A stretch of 64,000 bases of DNA from Marinicella sp. GTDB lineage: Bacteria > Pseudomonadota > Gammaproteobacteria > Xanthomonadales > Marinicellaceae. The stretch spans positions 2,592,001 through 2,656,000 of the forward strand of contig OZ246001.1 in assembly GCA_965230295.1 (NCBI GenBank), given 5' to 3'. The position numbers were made by a program, and so were the translations under genes. Below, one piece after another: positions 19,120-29,228 of this stretch (within the stretch, counting starts at the first letter, position 1; the number at the start of each line of letters is the position of its first letter). The notes under the pieces were generated by a model that searched no databases, was not told where the DNA came from, and worked only from the letters and a program-made list of their open reading frames with translations.

Positions 19120-19875
19120 ATGAAAATTGCCTTTTTAGCCAGCGAAACCGCCAAAGCTCAACAATCTTTATCCGACATGACCAAGCAATACGGTCAGCAC
19201 GATCCTTTGACTGCAGATGTGATGGTGGTGTTGGGTGGTGATGGCTTCATGTTGCAATGTTTGCATCAATACATGCATCATGGCACGCCTGTGTTTGGAT
19301 TGCGTCGTGGCACAGTTGGTTTTTTAATGAATGATTATGCCGATGACGACTTGATCGGTCGGATTGAATCTGCACAAGAAACGGTGTTGCATCCATTGGT
19401 GATGCAGGCCACCAATGTTGAAGGGCAAATGTTGGAGTCATTGGCCATCAATGAAGTATCCTTGTTGCGACAGACCAAACAGTCTGCTCATATTCAGATC
19501 AAAATCAATGGCCAAACCAAAATTGAAACTTTGGTAGGTGATGGGGTTATGGTGGCAACACCTGCTGGTAGCACAGCCTACAATCTATCTGTCCATGGTC
19601 CAGTCATTCCACTGGGCAGTGAAATTTTGGCCCTCACTCCGATCAGTCCATTCAGACCGAGGCGCTGGCGAGGTGCCATCATTCCATCACATGCAGAGGT
19701 GAGTTTTGAGATTTTGAACCATGAAAAAAGGCCTGTTTCCGCCACGGCAGACAACACCGAAGTTCGTGATGTTAAGCAGGTACTGATCAAAGAATCTCAA
19801 GACGTTAAAATTCATGCTTTGTATGATCCAATGCATAATTTAGAAGACCGCATCATCAACGAGCAGTTTTCCTGA
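19120..19875 (+). CDS. nadK: NAD kinase (short form)
   Basis: LGGDGFML, GTVGFLMN, AINEV, DGVMVATPAGSTAYNLS. Confidence 0.95.
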   Translation: MKIAFLASETAKAQQSLSDMTKQYGQHDPLTADVMVVLGGDGFMLQCLHQYMHHGTPVFGLRRGTVGFLMNDYADDDLIGRIESAQETVLHPLVMQATNVEGQMLESLAINEVSLLRQTKQSAHIQIKINGQTKIETLVGDGVMVATPAGSTAYNLSVHGPVIPLGSEILALTPISPFRPRRWRGAIIPSHAEVSFEILNHEKRPVSATADNTEVRDVKQVLIKESQDVKIHALYDPMHNLEDRIINEQFS

Positions 19876-20756
19876 TGCTGACCTTGGCCATTTCTTCAAG
19901 GACTTTATTTGATCTGAACGAAGCTCATCAGGTCTACCTCAGTGAGGGAGTGGATGCTTACCGTTCATACCAGCTTAAACATGAAGAAGTCCCGTTAGAT
20001 CCTGGGGTCGCTTTTCCTTTGGTCAATAAGTTGTTGAACATTGTCGATCCACACACACAAGAACCATTGGTTGAAGTGGTACTGGTCTCAAGAAACAATG
20101 GTGATACCGGTTTACGCATATTCAATTCCATTGAGCACCATAAGCTCAACATTTCCAGAGCCGTGTTCAGTAATGGCGGTTCACCCTATGATTATTTATC
20201 AGCATTGGGTGTCGAACTGTTTTTATCAGCCCACCATGCTGATGTAATTGGGGCCATCAAAGCGGGGTACGCTGCAGCACATCTGATGACACGAAAAGCG
20301 GCCACACCAACAGACGATCAAGTGCGGGTGGCTTTTGATGGTGATGCCGTGCTGTTCTCTGATGAATCTGAACAAATTTATCAGTCTGGCGGATTAGAAG
20401 CCTTCAGGGAAAATGAGCATGCCAAACGGTTCGAGCCTTTAAATCCAGGACCCTTCAGTGCCTTTCTTAAAAAACTACACGACCTACAAGGCATGTTTCC
20501 TCCGGGTGAATCGCCGATCCGGACGGCTCTGGTCACGGCCCGATCAGCACCGTCACACAAACGGGTGATCTTGACCTTAAGAGGTTGGGGTATCCGGATC
20601 GATGAAGCCTTGTTCCTTGGTGGGCAAGACAAAGCCAAGTTTTTACAATCATTCAAGGCCGATATCTTCTTTGAAGACCAGTTAACCTATGTGAAAACCG
20701 CTTCAGAACACACCGCCACTGGCCATGTGCCATATGGCATCACCAATGAGAAGTAA
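19875..20756 (+). CDS. 5'-nucleotidase (cN-I-like HAD family)
   Basis: LAISSRTLFDL, VAFDGDAVLFSDESE, LVTARSAPSH, DEALFLGG, GHVPYG. TGATG coupling with nadK. Confidence 0.9.
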   Translation: MLTLAISSRTLFDLNEAHQVYLSEGVDAYRSYQLKHEEVPLDPGVAFPLVNKLLNIVDPHTQEPLVEVVLVSRNNGDTGLRIFNSIEHHKLNISRAVFSNGGSPYDYLSALGVELFLSAHHADVIGAIKAGYAAAHLMTRKAATPTDDQVRVAFDGDAVLFSDESEQIYQSGGLEAFRENEHAKRFEPLNPGPFSAFLKKLHDLQGMFPPGESPIRTALVTARSAPSHKRVILTLRGWGIRIDEALFLGGQDKAKFLQSFKADIFFEDQLTYVKTASEHTATGHVPYGITNEK

Positions 20757-20853
20757 AAAATGGTATTAAAATTTTTGTTTGTGGTGTTTCACCACAGACA
20801 GACACATGCCTCTTATGGTATAACCGTGCCAGGAATTTTTGGAGAATAATAAA

Positions 20854-21909
20854 ATGAGAATAACAACATTGATCATTACCATGTTGATCACCTGCCAATC
20901 TTTTGCCACTGTGGTCAGGTTTGAAACCAATGTCGGCAACATTGATATTGAGCTGTATGAAGATGTAGCGCCCATAACGGTTGCTAACTTCATCACTTAC
21001 GTTAATGATGGTGACTATGATGACACAGTCATTCACCGTTCTGTTCCTGGATTTGTCATACAAGGCGGCGGTTATAGGTATTTAGGTGGTAATAATTTTG
21101 AAGATGTGCCCAATAATTCGCCCATTGTCAACGAATCACAACTTTCTAATGCCGAAGGCACCATTTCAATGGCCCGATTAACTGATCCAAACAGCGCAAC
21201 CAACGAATGGTTTATCAATCTGGTCGACAACACAGAGTTGGATGCCGGGGGTGGTGATGCAGGCTTCGCGGTGTTCGGGAAAGTGGTCAGGGGCATGGAT
21301 GTGGTGAAAGTGATTGAATCCTTTTTGCGCATTAATTTTTCTTCCAGTAACATTGGTGCTGCGGCCAACACATTCCCTATTTACGGCTTTTTTTCGGGCA
21401 CAGCCGTCACTTTAAATAACACTGTAAAAATAAATCGCGCCTATGTTTTATCGGAAACTTTTCAGATCACCGAAGGGTTATCTGGTGCATGGTTCAATCC
21501 GGCAACCAGTGGTCAAGGGGTCTATTTTGAAGTGTTGCCGGCAGCTGGTGTGATCGTGATGGCATGGTTTACCTTTGATAATGCCGATCCTGATTCTGAT
21601 GTACCCTCTGTGATTGGTGATGCGAGCAACCGCTGGTTAACCGCCTCAGGTACATTCCAAGGCAACCAATTCACTGGTAGTGTCTTTAAAACCGGTGGCG
21701 GCTTGTTTGATAACACCCAAACCGTTTCAACCTCACAAATCGGTTCAGTCATCATTGATTTTAACGACTGTGCAACAGCTGTGATGTCATATGTGCTTGA
21801 CGATTCAAATTTGGCCAACACCATCAATTTGCAACGTGTTTCTGGGGTCAATGTTGATTTCTGTGAAAACTTAGCGATTGAACAAAACCCAGGTGTTTCT
21901 GCTCAATAA
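20854..21909 (+). CDS. Exported cyclophilin-type peptidyl-prolyl isomerase with an extra C-terminal domain
   Basis: Signal peptide MRITTLIITMLITCQSFA; APITVANF, IHRSVPGFVIQGGG, GTISMAR, SATNEWFIN, FAVFGKV; about 150 additional C-terminal residues. SD GGAG precedes ATG 20854. Confidence 0.9.
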   Translation: MRITTLIITMLITCQSFATVVRFETNVGNIDIELYEDVAPITVANFITYVNDGDYDDTVIHRSVPGFVIQGGGYRYLGGNNFEDVPNNSPIVNESQLSNAEGTISMARLTDPNSATNEWFINLVDNTELDAGGGDAGFAVFGKVVRGMDVVKVIESFLRINFSSSNIGAAANTFPIYGFFSGTAVTLNNTVKINRAYVLSETFQITEGLSGAWFNPATSGQGVYFEVLPAAGVIVMAWFTFDNADPDSDVPSVIGDASNRWLTASGTFQGNQFTGSVFKTGGGLFDNTQTVSTSQIGSVIIDFNDCATAVMSYVLDDSNLANTINLQRVSGVNVDFCENLAIEQNPGVSAQ

Positions 21910-22781
21910 ACCACTGATGTTAATCTGTGCATTTTTTCTGGTTGCCAATGGGTTACAGCATGCTTGAGTAACTCAACTTGTGATTTAACAGCCAAGACAG
22001 GGACGTCTTGTTGCAACAACTTCAGTGCCAACGCAGTCACTGTATAGGGGTCTTCATGGGCGATGGGTTTGGCGTGGTTTTGCTTGCTTAATTTTCGTTG
22101 GTACTGATTGATGACTACAGGGAAGTGGGCATAGTTAGGCTGGCTTAATCCCAATAACTTAATCAAGTGCATTTGCCTGGAAGTTGAATCCATGATGTCT
22201 ATGCCTCTGACCACATCAGTGATACCCTGATCGGCATCGTCAATCACCACAGCCAATTGGTAACAAAAGAGACCGTCCTTTCGTTTGATGTTGAAGTCAC
22301 CTGATTGTTCAGCAATACATTGTTGTTGCTGGCCTTGAAACTGGTCATTAAAACCATAAACTTCATTTCGGGTTTTCAAACGAATTGAGTGCATTTGATC
22401 TGGGTTTGCAGCCAATTGGCGACAGGTGCCTGGGTATACTTGATGGCCTGCCAGTTGTTTTCGGGTGCAGGTACAAGGATAGGTCAGGTTTTGTGCTTGC
22501 AAAAAATCAAGCGCTGATTGGTATGCTTGTTGGCGCTCTGGACTGGTTTGATAAATCACTGGTCCATCAGGGTGTAGGCCGAAACGGTTCAATGTCTCAA
22601 GAATTTGCTGATCCGCACCTGCCACGGTGCGGGTTTCATCGACATCTTCAATCCTAACCAACCATTCGCCTTGTTTGGATTTTGCTTCACAGTAGCTGGC
22701 AATGGCAGCCACCAGAGAACCCAGATGTAAATTGCCGCTGGGGGAAGGGGCGAAACGGCCCCGGTGTGGTGCCTCGCTCAT
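21903..22781 (-). CDS. gluQ: tRNA glutamyl-Q(34) synthetase
   Basis: GRFAPSPSGNLHLGSL, CTC...YPGTC, YQLAVVIDD, KLSKQ. No anticodon-binding domain. Confidence 0.93.
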   Translation of the reverse strand: MSEAPHRGRFAPSPSGNLHLGSLVAAIASYCEAKSKQGEWLVRIEDVDETRTVAGADQQILETLNRFGLHPDGPVIYQTSPERQQAYQSALDFLQAQNLTYPCTCTRKQLAGHQVYPGTCRQLAANPDQMHSIRLKTRNEVYGFNDQFQGQQQQCIAEQSGDFNIKRKDGLFCYQLAVVIDDADQGITDVVRGIDIMDSTSRQMHLIKLLGLSQPNYAHFPVVINQYQRKLSKQNHAKPIAHEDPYTVTALALKLLQQDVPVLAVKSQVELLKHAVTHWQPEKMHRLTSVVY

Positions 22782-22792
22782 GGGGATTGTGT

Positions 22793-24847
22793 CTATTCGA
22801 CTTGTTCCATGTTTTCACTGGGTTCAGCGATGAAGTTACCTTGTACAAAGTTAACAGACATTTTCCACATGATGCTCATGGTGGAGGCGTCTTCGATGAA
22901 CTCGCAAATGACTTGTTTGCCTTGGTTGTGTGCTTTATCAACAATGGTTTTGACTTTTTCCTGGTTTTCTTCGTTGTTACCCAAGTCCTGCATGAAGCTG
23001 GAATCAACCTTAAGTAAATCAACGGGAAAATGTTTCAAAATGCTGAATGAATTCAACCCGGAACCAAATTTTTCAACCACAATTTTACAATGTGTGGCTT
23101 TGATGGATTTGATGATGGGTTTCATTTGGGTTGCATAGGTAACCAACTCACTTTCCCTGATTTCGAAAGCCAATTTGTCACCAGTAACGCCAATGGCTTT
23201 CAATTGTCCTGCCAACCAATTGGGAAAGCCAGGATCCGTTAATGTTTGGTGAGACAGTTTGACAAAAAGCATCACATCATTTTTTGCTGCTTTGATGGCC
23301 ATCAATGACTTTTTGACCACCCAATGATCAATTTCAGTGATGAAACCATATTTAGTGGCCACTGGTATAAATTGCTGAGGATAGATGAGTTGATCGTCTT
23401 CAGCATTTAACCTGATCAAAACCTCATAGTGCTCTTTTTCTTCACCATCAATGTTGACCACTGGTTGGTAGTGAATGACAAATTTGTCATTTTCCAAGCC
23501 TTCAGTGATGCGATCAATCCAGGCTTTAGATGCTGCCCGGGCTTGTTTCTCTTCTTCAGCCGGGTCAAAAGTTTTGACTTGGTTTCCTCCAGCTTCTTGC
23601 AGTGCATTTAAGTTATCAGTCAACGTTTTAATGACTTCAGTATCAGACTCACTTTGTGGTGTCAACTGGGTCACCGAGATACTGGCGGAACAATTAACAG
23701 AAGTGTTGCCGGCACTGAATATTTGTTCAGAAATCATTCCTCGCAGTTTTTCTGCCACTTTTTCAGCGTTTTCAATCGATGTTTTCAACTTCAGCACAAA
23801 ACTGGTGTCGGCATAGCGGCAATAGACCACGTCTTTACCCAGTTTGTTTTCAAGGAATTCGGCGATGCTGACGATGAATAAATCTAAATTACCTATGCCT
23901 AATTCTTTCTCGTGTTTATCAGCCTCATCAATACCGATCATTAACAAGCTGTCACCGGCTTTGTTTTTGGCCGCATCCAGAGATTCAGACAACAGCTGAT
24001 GGAAATAGGTGCGGTTGAAGAATTTAGTCAGCAGGTCTTTGTTTTTGATTTCAAACAATTCCTTCTCAACTTCCGGATCGGCGGAAGGGATGTTGATGAT
24101 GAACTGGGCACATGACTCACCATTGATCGTGGCTTTTGATACATTAACGATGCCATCAAACTTTTCCCCGGCTGAAGTGATGAGTTTAAACTCTAAATCA
24201 TCTTCCGGCATGATGTTCTTATTGAGGTCGCGCAAAGTTTGCTTGGCCCTGGCCAAATCATCCTTGGCAATCATGTTCAAAAATGGCGTGACTTCTAATT
24301 CTTCGAAATCATCGTATTGAAACAATTCCTGATACGACTGATTGGAGTACACATGCATACCGTCATGGATGTAAGCAATGGCTTGTTTTGATGAGTCAAG
24401 CAATAAATTGCAGCGCTTTTCAGTGTTTTTCAGTTCCATTGAAAGCCCAATGATTTTGCGTCGATCATTCAGAGATTTTACATCGCGCTGAATCACGTGT
24501 TTCATGTGATCGGGCAGTTTAGGCGTGCAGTAAGATGTGGCGCCAGCTTCTATGGCTTCATGGATTAAGTCTGGGTCAAAGTTATCTAATAAGGCAATCA
24601 CTGGTAGGTCAATACCCATGCGCTTGATGTGATCAATCACAGTTTGACTCGGTAAATCACTTTGCAACTGTTGACACAGGACCAAGTCCAAGGGCTTGCG
24701 CTCTAAGATGCCTAGTAAATCTTCTTCGTTGGTACAACGTGTGGGTCTGACCGCAATCTGGTAATTTCTGAGCAAAGACAAGATGCGCTCAGCTTCCTCT
24801 TCAGATTGGTGTATGATCAATAGGTTGATGGATTTTTCAGTTGCCAA
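22793..24847 (-). CDS. fimX: FimX-like REC-PAS-GGDEF-EAL c-di-GMP receptor (degenerate catalytic sites)
   Basis: Receiver without the phospho-Asp; AIAYIHDGMHVYSN PAS; GGDEF replaced by YADTS; EVL and EKFGSGLNS in the EAL domain. TTG start with AAGGA SD. Confidence 0.85.
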   Translation of the reverse strand: MATEKSINLLIIHQSEEEAERILSLLRNYQIAVRPTRCTNEEDLLGILERKPLDLVLCQQLQSDLPSQTVIDHIKRMGIDLPVIALLDNFDPDLIHEAIEAGATSYCTPKLPDHMKHVIQRDVKSLNDRRKIIGLSMELKNTEKRCNLLLDSSKQAIAYIHDGMHVYSNQSYQELFQYDDFEELEVTPFLNMIAKDDLARAKQTLRDLNKNIMPEDDLEFKLITSAGEKFDGIVNVSKATINGESCAQFIINIPSADPEVEKELFEIKNKDLLTKFFNRTYFHQLLSESLDAAKNKAGDSLLMIGIDEADKHEKELGIGNLDLFIVSIAEFLENKLGKDVVYCRYADTSFVLKLKTSIENAEKVAEKLRGMISEQIFSAGNTSVNCSASISVTQLTPQSESDTEVIKTLTDNLNALQEAGGNQVKTFDPAEEEKQARAASKAWIDRITEGLENDKFVIHYQPVVNIDGEEKEHYEVLIRLNAEDDQLIYPQQFIPVATKYGFITEIDHWVVKKSLMAIKAAKNDVMLFVKLSHQTLTDPGFPNWLAGQLKAIGVTGDKLAFEIRESELVTYATQMKPIIKSIKATHCKIVVEKFGSGLNSFSILKHFPVDLLKVDSSFMQDLGNNEENQEKVKTIVDKAHNQGKQVICEFIEDASTMSIMWKMSVNFVQGNFIAEPSENMEQVE

Positions 24848-25052
24848 TTTATTTTTCCTTTGTGGATGAATTGCTAAACCGGACCCAAAGTTGAGTCAGA
24901 TCAATAATATACCAATAAATGTCACTATCGCCCAACATTATAAGGGCATTCAGCTGTGCTGAACAGACCCAGTGGGGCAGATATGGTGTGAACAATCGTT
25001 AAACGGGTGAAAATCTTCAATATTAATTGACTTTTGTGCCGTAATGCATGGC

Positions 25053-26027
25053 TTATATGTGGGTAAATATAGGGGTTTTGTACTGCTCACCAGCAACCTC
25101 TTTGACCAGTTTTGGGACCAAATACCCAGGAAGTTCAGCCATGAGCTGATTGTATATGTTCTTGGCCTCCACCTCTTCAACCTCAAAATGTGCGGCATTT
25201 TGTACCGGATCCATTTGATGTAAGTAGTAGGGGATGACTCCACAGGAGAACAGCTCGTTAGACAATCGTTTCAAGGTGAAGACATCATCGTTCACGTTTT
25301 TCAATAATACACTTTGGTTAAGTAACAGGAAACCATTAGATTTCAATTGGATGATCGCGTGGCGTGCATTTCTGCTGAGCTCTGTGTGATGATTAACATG
25401 TAATACCATGACCTTTTGTAATTTTAATTGACTGGCCCAGGCTGTGAACTCGGTATCAATTCGTTCAGGTAAGACCACTGGTATGCGGCTGTGGATGCGC
25501 AGGGTGTTGACATGAGGCAGCTTTTCTAATTGTGCTGTTAAGGTTTTTAACGAATGGGTTTCCATCGTCAAGGGATCACCACCACTGAGTATCACTTCAT
25601 GGATGTCGGGGTGAGCTGTTATGTATTCAATGCTGGATTGCCACTGATTTCGAGGTGCAAAACTCTGACGATAAGGGAAATGTCTTCTGAAGCAATACCG
25701 GCAATTGACTGCACAACTGCCGCTGGCAATCAACAATACCCGACTTTTGTACTTGTGAATCAGGCCTGGAACTTGTGTGGCATCTTTATCTCCCACCGGG
25801 TCAGGTACAAACCCTGTGGTTACAAGGTTTTCCTCTTCTGTGGGTAAAAATTGGGCCAATATGGGGTCATTCTGATCTTGCCAATCAATCAGCTTTAAAA
25901 TTTCAGCAGTGATGACAGGCGCAAATTTTTCACCTGCGTCGCTGGAGAATCGTGGGCTGGTTTGTAAACCGTTTGAATGGCTGTTGCGCAGTGCTTGTTT
26001 AAGTTGTGACTGCCAGTTGGATGTCAT
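25053..26027 (-). CDS. epmB: EF-P beta-lysylation lysine 2,3-aminomutase (radical SAM)
   Basis: HKYKSRVL, CAVNCRYCFRRHFPY, EVILSGGDPL, PYYLH, LPGYLVPKLV. Divergent from efp. Confidence 0.95.
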   Translation of the reverse strand: MTSNWQSQLKQALRNSHSNGLQTSPRFSSDAGEKFAPVITAEILKLIDWQDQNDPILAQFLPTEEENLVTTGFVPDPVGDKDATQVPGLIHKYKSRVLLIASGSCAVNCRYCFRRHFPYRQSFAPRNQWQSSIEYITAHPDIHEVILSGGDPLTMETHSLKTLTAQLEKLPHVNTLRIHSRIPVVLPERIDTEFTAWASQLKLQKVMVLHVNHHTELSRNARHAIIQLKSNGFLLLNQSVLLKNVNDDVFTLKRLSNELFSCGVIPYYLHQMDPVQNAAHFEVEEVEAKNIYNQLMAELPGYLVPKLVKEVAGEQYKTPIFTHI

Positions 26028-26127
26028 TTGATTATTTTGTAGCCTGGGTAAAGCTGAGGAATTTTAACACATGCACAACAAAGGTCACTGGATGATGGCT
26101 TCTGGTCATAATGTGCACAATTGGGTG

Positions 26128-26142
26128 TGCTATAATGCCGCG
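26128..26142 (+). promoter_or_regulatory. Extended -10 promoter of efp with a GC-rich discriminator
   Basis: TGcTATAAT followed by GCCGCG, about 30 nt upstream of the efp ATG. Confidence 0.6.
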
Positions 26143-26167
26143 TTTTAGTATTCTCTCAGGAGTCTTC

Positions 26168-26737
26168 ATGTCTGTATACAGCACATCTCAATTTAAGAAT
26201 GGATTAAAGATTTTGCTTGATGGTGACCCATACACCATAGTTGAAAACACCGAAGTCAAACCGGGTAAAGGTCAGGCCTTTAATCGAGTTAAGATTCGTA
26301 ACTTAAAGACGGGCCGGGTGATAGAAAAAACGTTCAAATCTAATGAAAAAGTAGAAGCTGCAGATGTCATGGACACTGAGATGCAATACCTGTACACCGA
26401 TGGTGAGTTTTATCATTTCATGGACCCCAATTCATTTGAGCAGTTTGAGGCCAGTCAGGCGGCCGTGGCCGACAGCGCCAAGTGGTTGAAAGAAGAAGAC
26501 ATGTGTATGGTTACTTTGTGGAACAATGTGCCTTTAACCATAGACCCACCCAATTTTGTTGAATTAAAAATTACCGAAACCGATCCAGGTGTCCGTGGTG
26601 ACACTTCTGGAGGTGGCAGTAAGCCAGCCACCCTTGAAACGGGAGCAGTGGTCAGTGTGCCGTTGTTTGTTCCAGAAGGTGAAATCATCAAAGTAGATAC
26701 AAGATCAGGTGAATACGTGGGCCGTGTCAAAAAATAA
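26168..26737 (+). CDS. efp: Elongation factor P
   Basis: VKPGKGQAF (modifiable Lys), [25 protein letters not shown]. Start at ATG 26168 after the AGGAG SD. Confidence 0.97.
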   Translation: MSVYSTSQFKNGLKILLDGDPYTIVENTEVKPGKGQAFNRVKIRNLKTGRVIEKTFKSNEKVEAADVMDTEMQYLYTDGEFYHFMDPNSFEQFEASQAAVADSAKWLKEEDMCMVTLWNNVPLTIDPPNFVELKITETDPGVRGDTSGGGSKPATLETGAVVSVPLFVPEGEIIKVDTRSGEYVGRVKK

Positions 26738-27716
26738 CACCCCTCCATGGCGTTTCAAGGGCCCGATGCAGCTGTTGCAGCAACGGGCCTTTTTATTGGC
26801 TGAAATCAGGCGGTTTTTCCACCAACGAAAAGTGATGGAAGTCGAGACGCCGATTTTATCTGAGTTTGGCAACACCGATGTTCAGATCGATATGTTTTCC
26901 AGCCAGCCCTTGCTGGCGGAACAGCACCGATCATTCTTGCGTACTTCACCTGAGTTCTTTCACAAGCGTTTGTTGGCTGGCGGTTCTGGTGACCTCTTTG
27001 AAATCGCTAAAGTGTTTCGCAGGGGTGAGCGAAGTCACTTGCATAACCCTGAATTCACTTTGCTGGAATGGTACAGGGAGGGCTTTGATTGGGCAGAATT
27101 GATGACTGAAGTGATTGATTTGGTTCAATTCTTACAAATGCAGCTGGCGGGTGAGGAGGTGGCTGTTGAAACCATTGCCTATCAGGACTTGTTCATCAAG
27201 TGCGCGGCAGTGGATCCCTTTGCAGTGGAACTTGAAGCATTGCAAGCGATCTGTGAAAACCACGGGTATACGGGTTCAGCATTGAATCGAACCACAGCAC
27301 TGGACTACATCTTTGCTTTGATCATTCAACCACAACTGATAGATGCTGATTCATTCGCAACTGGTTTAATGGTACATGATTTCCCCATCGAAATGGCAGC
27401 CTTGTCGCAAATGCATCCCACCAAACCAGACCGTTGTTTGCGCTTTGAGTTTTTGTGGCATGGTGTTGAATTGGCCAATGGTTATCAAGAATTGAGTGAT
27501 CCGATAGAACAGCACCAAAGGTTTATCGCTGATAACCAAATGCGCTGCCAAATGGGTAAAACAGAGTTGCCCATTGATGATCATTTATTGGCAGCCTTGT
27601 CACATGGATTGCCCGCTTGTTCGGGTGTGGCCATGGGTGTTGAGCGATTGATGATGTGTTTGCTGGGTTATGAAAGCATTGATCAGGTCATGGGTTTTCA
27701 GGCCGAAAACAGTTAA
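26724..27716 (+). CDS. epmA: EF-P lysine aminoacylase
   Basis: [44 protein letters not shown]. Start uncertain (GTG 26724 or ATG 26766). Confidence 0.93.
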   Translation: MSKNNTPPWRFKGPMQLLQQRAFLLAEIRRFFHQRKVMEVETPILSEFGNTDVQIDMFSSQPLLAEQHRSFLRTSPEFFHKRLLAGGSGDLFEIAKVFRRGERSHLHNPEFTLLEWYREGFDWAELMTEVIDLVQFLQMQLAGEEVAVETIAYQDLFIKCAAVDPFAVELEALQAICENHGYTGSALNRTTALDYIFALIIQPQLIDADSFATGLMVHDFPIEMAALSQMHPTKPDRCLRFEFLWHGVELANGYQELSDPIEQHQRFIADNQMRCQMGKTELPIDDHLLAALSHGLPACSGVAMGVERLMMCLLGYESIDQVMGFQAENS

Positions 27717-27738
27717 TTACATCCTCAATCATCAAGTC

Positions 27739-29109
27739 TTACAGCCACCATGTGGCCATTGAAGCAATGATGATGGCGCCCATTAAATTCAATTTAAAAC
27801 CCTGTTTGATCATGCTTTTTATGGGCACTTGTTCTGAGCCAAAAACGATGGCGTTGGGGGCGGTAGCAACCGGCAGCATAAAAGCACAACTGGCACTGAT
27901 GGCTGCCGGCACCATGATCTTGATGGGATCGATACCCATGGCAGTAGCTGCTGACATAAGAACCGGCATCAAGATGGCCGTTGTGGCGGTGTTGCTGGTT
28001 ATCTCTGTTAAAAATGTGATGGACAAACAAATGGCCAAGATCAACACGAACACATGCAAATCTTTTAAAAACATCAATTGATCAGCCAACAAAGCACTGA
28101 GTCCTGTATTTTTGAAGGCGGCGGCAATGACCATGCCGCCAGAAAACAGCAACAACACCCCCCAAGGGATGCTGTTGGCAGTTTGCCAGTTCAACAGTTT
28201 GTTTTGTTTGCCGTCTGAAATCATGAATAACGCCACCACCCCCAACAAAGCCACCGAAGCGTCATTGGCAAAAGGTAAATCAAGCCATGTTTTCCAACCA
28301 CCAAAGGGCGCGGTGCGTGTCACCCACAACAAGGCAGTGATGGCAAATACCCATAACGTGCGTTTTTGTGCGGTGTTCAGGGATTTTTGCTCGATACCGG
28401 TATTTTCAATGTTCATATGGGAGCTGACTTGTTTGGTCATCAGCCACACCATCACTGGAAAAAATACCAACACCATGGGGAAGACTTGTTGCATCCATGG
28501 TAAAAATCCAAGTTCAGTGCCAGTACCAATTTGGTAATTCTGAATCATGATTAAATTGGGTGGCGTTCCAACCGGAGTCATGGTACCACCAATACTGGCT
28601 GCATAAGCGATGCCTAATAACAGCAAAGTGGCAAACTTTTTATCCGGATTGCTGCTTAATATGGCCAATGCTATGGGTAATAACATCAATGTGGTGGCGG
28701 TGTTTGATATCCACATGCTGAGTAAGAAAGCAGTCAACATAAATCCCACAATGATTCGCTTCGGGTTGTTGGTGCCAATGACATGCAAAACTTTATGAGC
28801 CAAATATCGATGGGTGTTGCTGTGGGCCATGGCTGTAGAAAGGAGGAAACCACCCAGTAGCAGAATAATCAAAGGGCTACCGTAAGCTTGACCTACTTCA
28901 TTGGGACTGATGATGCCTAACAGCGGAAACAGGGCCACAGGCAGCAATGAAGCCACAGGGATTGGTAGCCATTCTGTGACCCAAAATATGGCGGTGGTGC
29001 TGGTGATCAGTAAAGTGATGAATTGGCCATGGTCGATCAGATTTTGCCATTTAAGTACAATGATTAAGGAATAAACTACCAGGAATGTGCTGATTTTTTT
29101 GATGGTCAT
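27739..29109 (-). CDS. SLC13/DASS family anion:sodium symporter
   Basis: Multi-TM protein with MWISNTATT, GTPPN, TEITSNTATT, AFMLPVATAPNAIV. Confidence 0.93.
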   Translation of the reverse strand: MTIKKISTFLVVYSLIIVLKWQNLIDHGQFITLLITSTTAIFWVTEWLPIPVASLLPVALFPLLGIISPNEVGQAYGSPLIILLLGGFLLSTAMAHSNTHRYLAHKVLHVIGTNNPKRIIVGFMLTAFLLSMWISNTATTLMLLPIALAILSSNPDKKFATLLLLGIAYAASIGGTMTPVGTPPNLIMIQNYQIGTGTELGFLPWMQQVFPMVLVFFPVMVWLMTKQVSSHMNIENTGIEQKSLNTAQKRTLWVFAITALLWVTRTAPFGGWKTWLDLPFANDASVALLGVVALFMISDGKQNKLLNWQTANSIPWGVLLLFSGGMVIAAAFKNTGLSALLADQLMFLKDLHVFVLILAICLSITFLTEITSNTATTAILMPVLMSAATAMGIDPIKIMVPAAISASCAFMLPVATAPNAIVFGSEQVPIKSMIKQGFKLNLMGAIIIASMATWWL

Positions 29110-29170
29110 AGAAGTCGATACTGTTGCGTATGTTTTGGAGCAAAAATTAATGTTTTTTTAATATTTAAGC

Positions 29171-29200
29171 TTGTAATTTTACCCGAATAAAATTTATGAT
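29171..29200 (+). promoter_or_regulatory. Candidate sigma70 promoter of the lipase operon with an overlapping inverted repeat
   Basis: TTGTAA-18nt-TATGAT; AATTTTA-N6-TAAAATT at 29175-29194. Confidence 0.4.
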
Positions 29201-29228
29201 GTTAGGGTTTATAATTTTGGGGATACAA

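Noticed and set aside
22793-24847. FimX as an active diguanylate cyclase or as a pseudogene
   Set aside because: The ORF is intact, and degenerate GGDEF/EAL/receiver motifs are the normal state for FimX-type receptors.
24949-24963. TTCAGC-TGT-GCTGAA inverted repeat upstream of fimX
   Set aside because: Short, single occurrence, with no supporting motif; plausible by chance.
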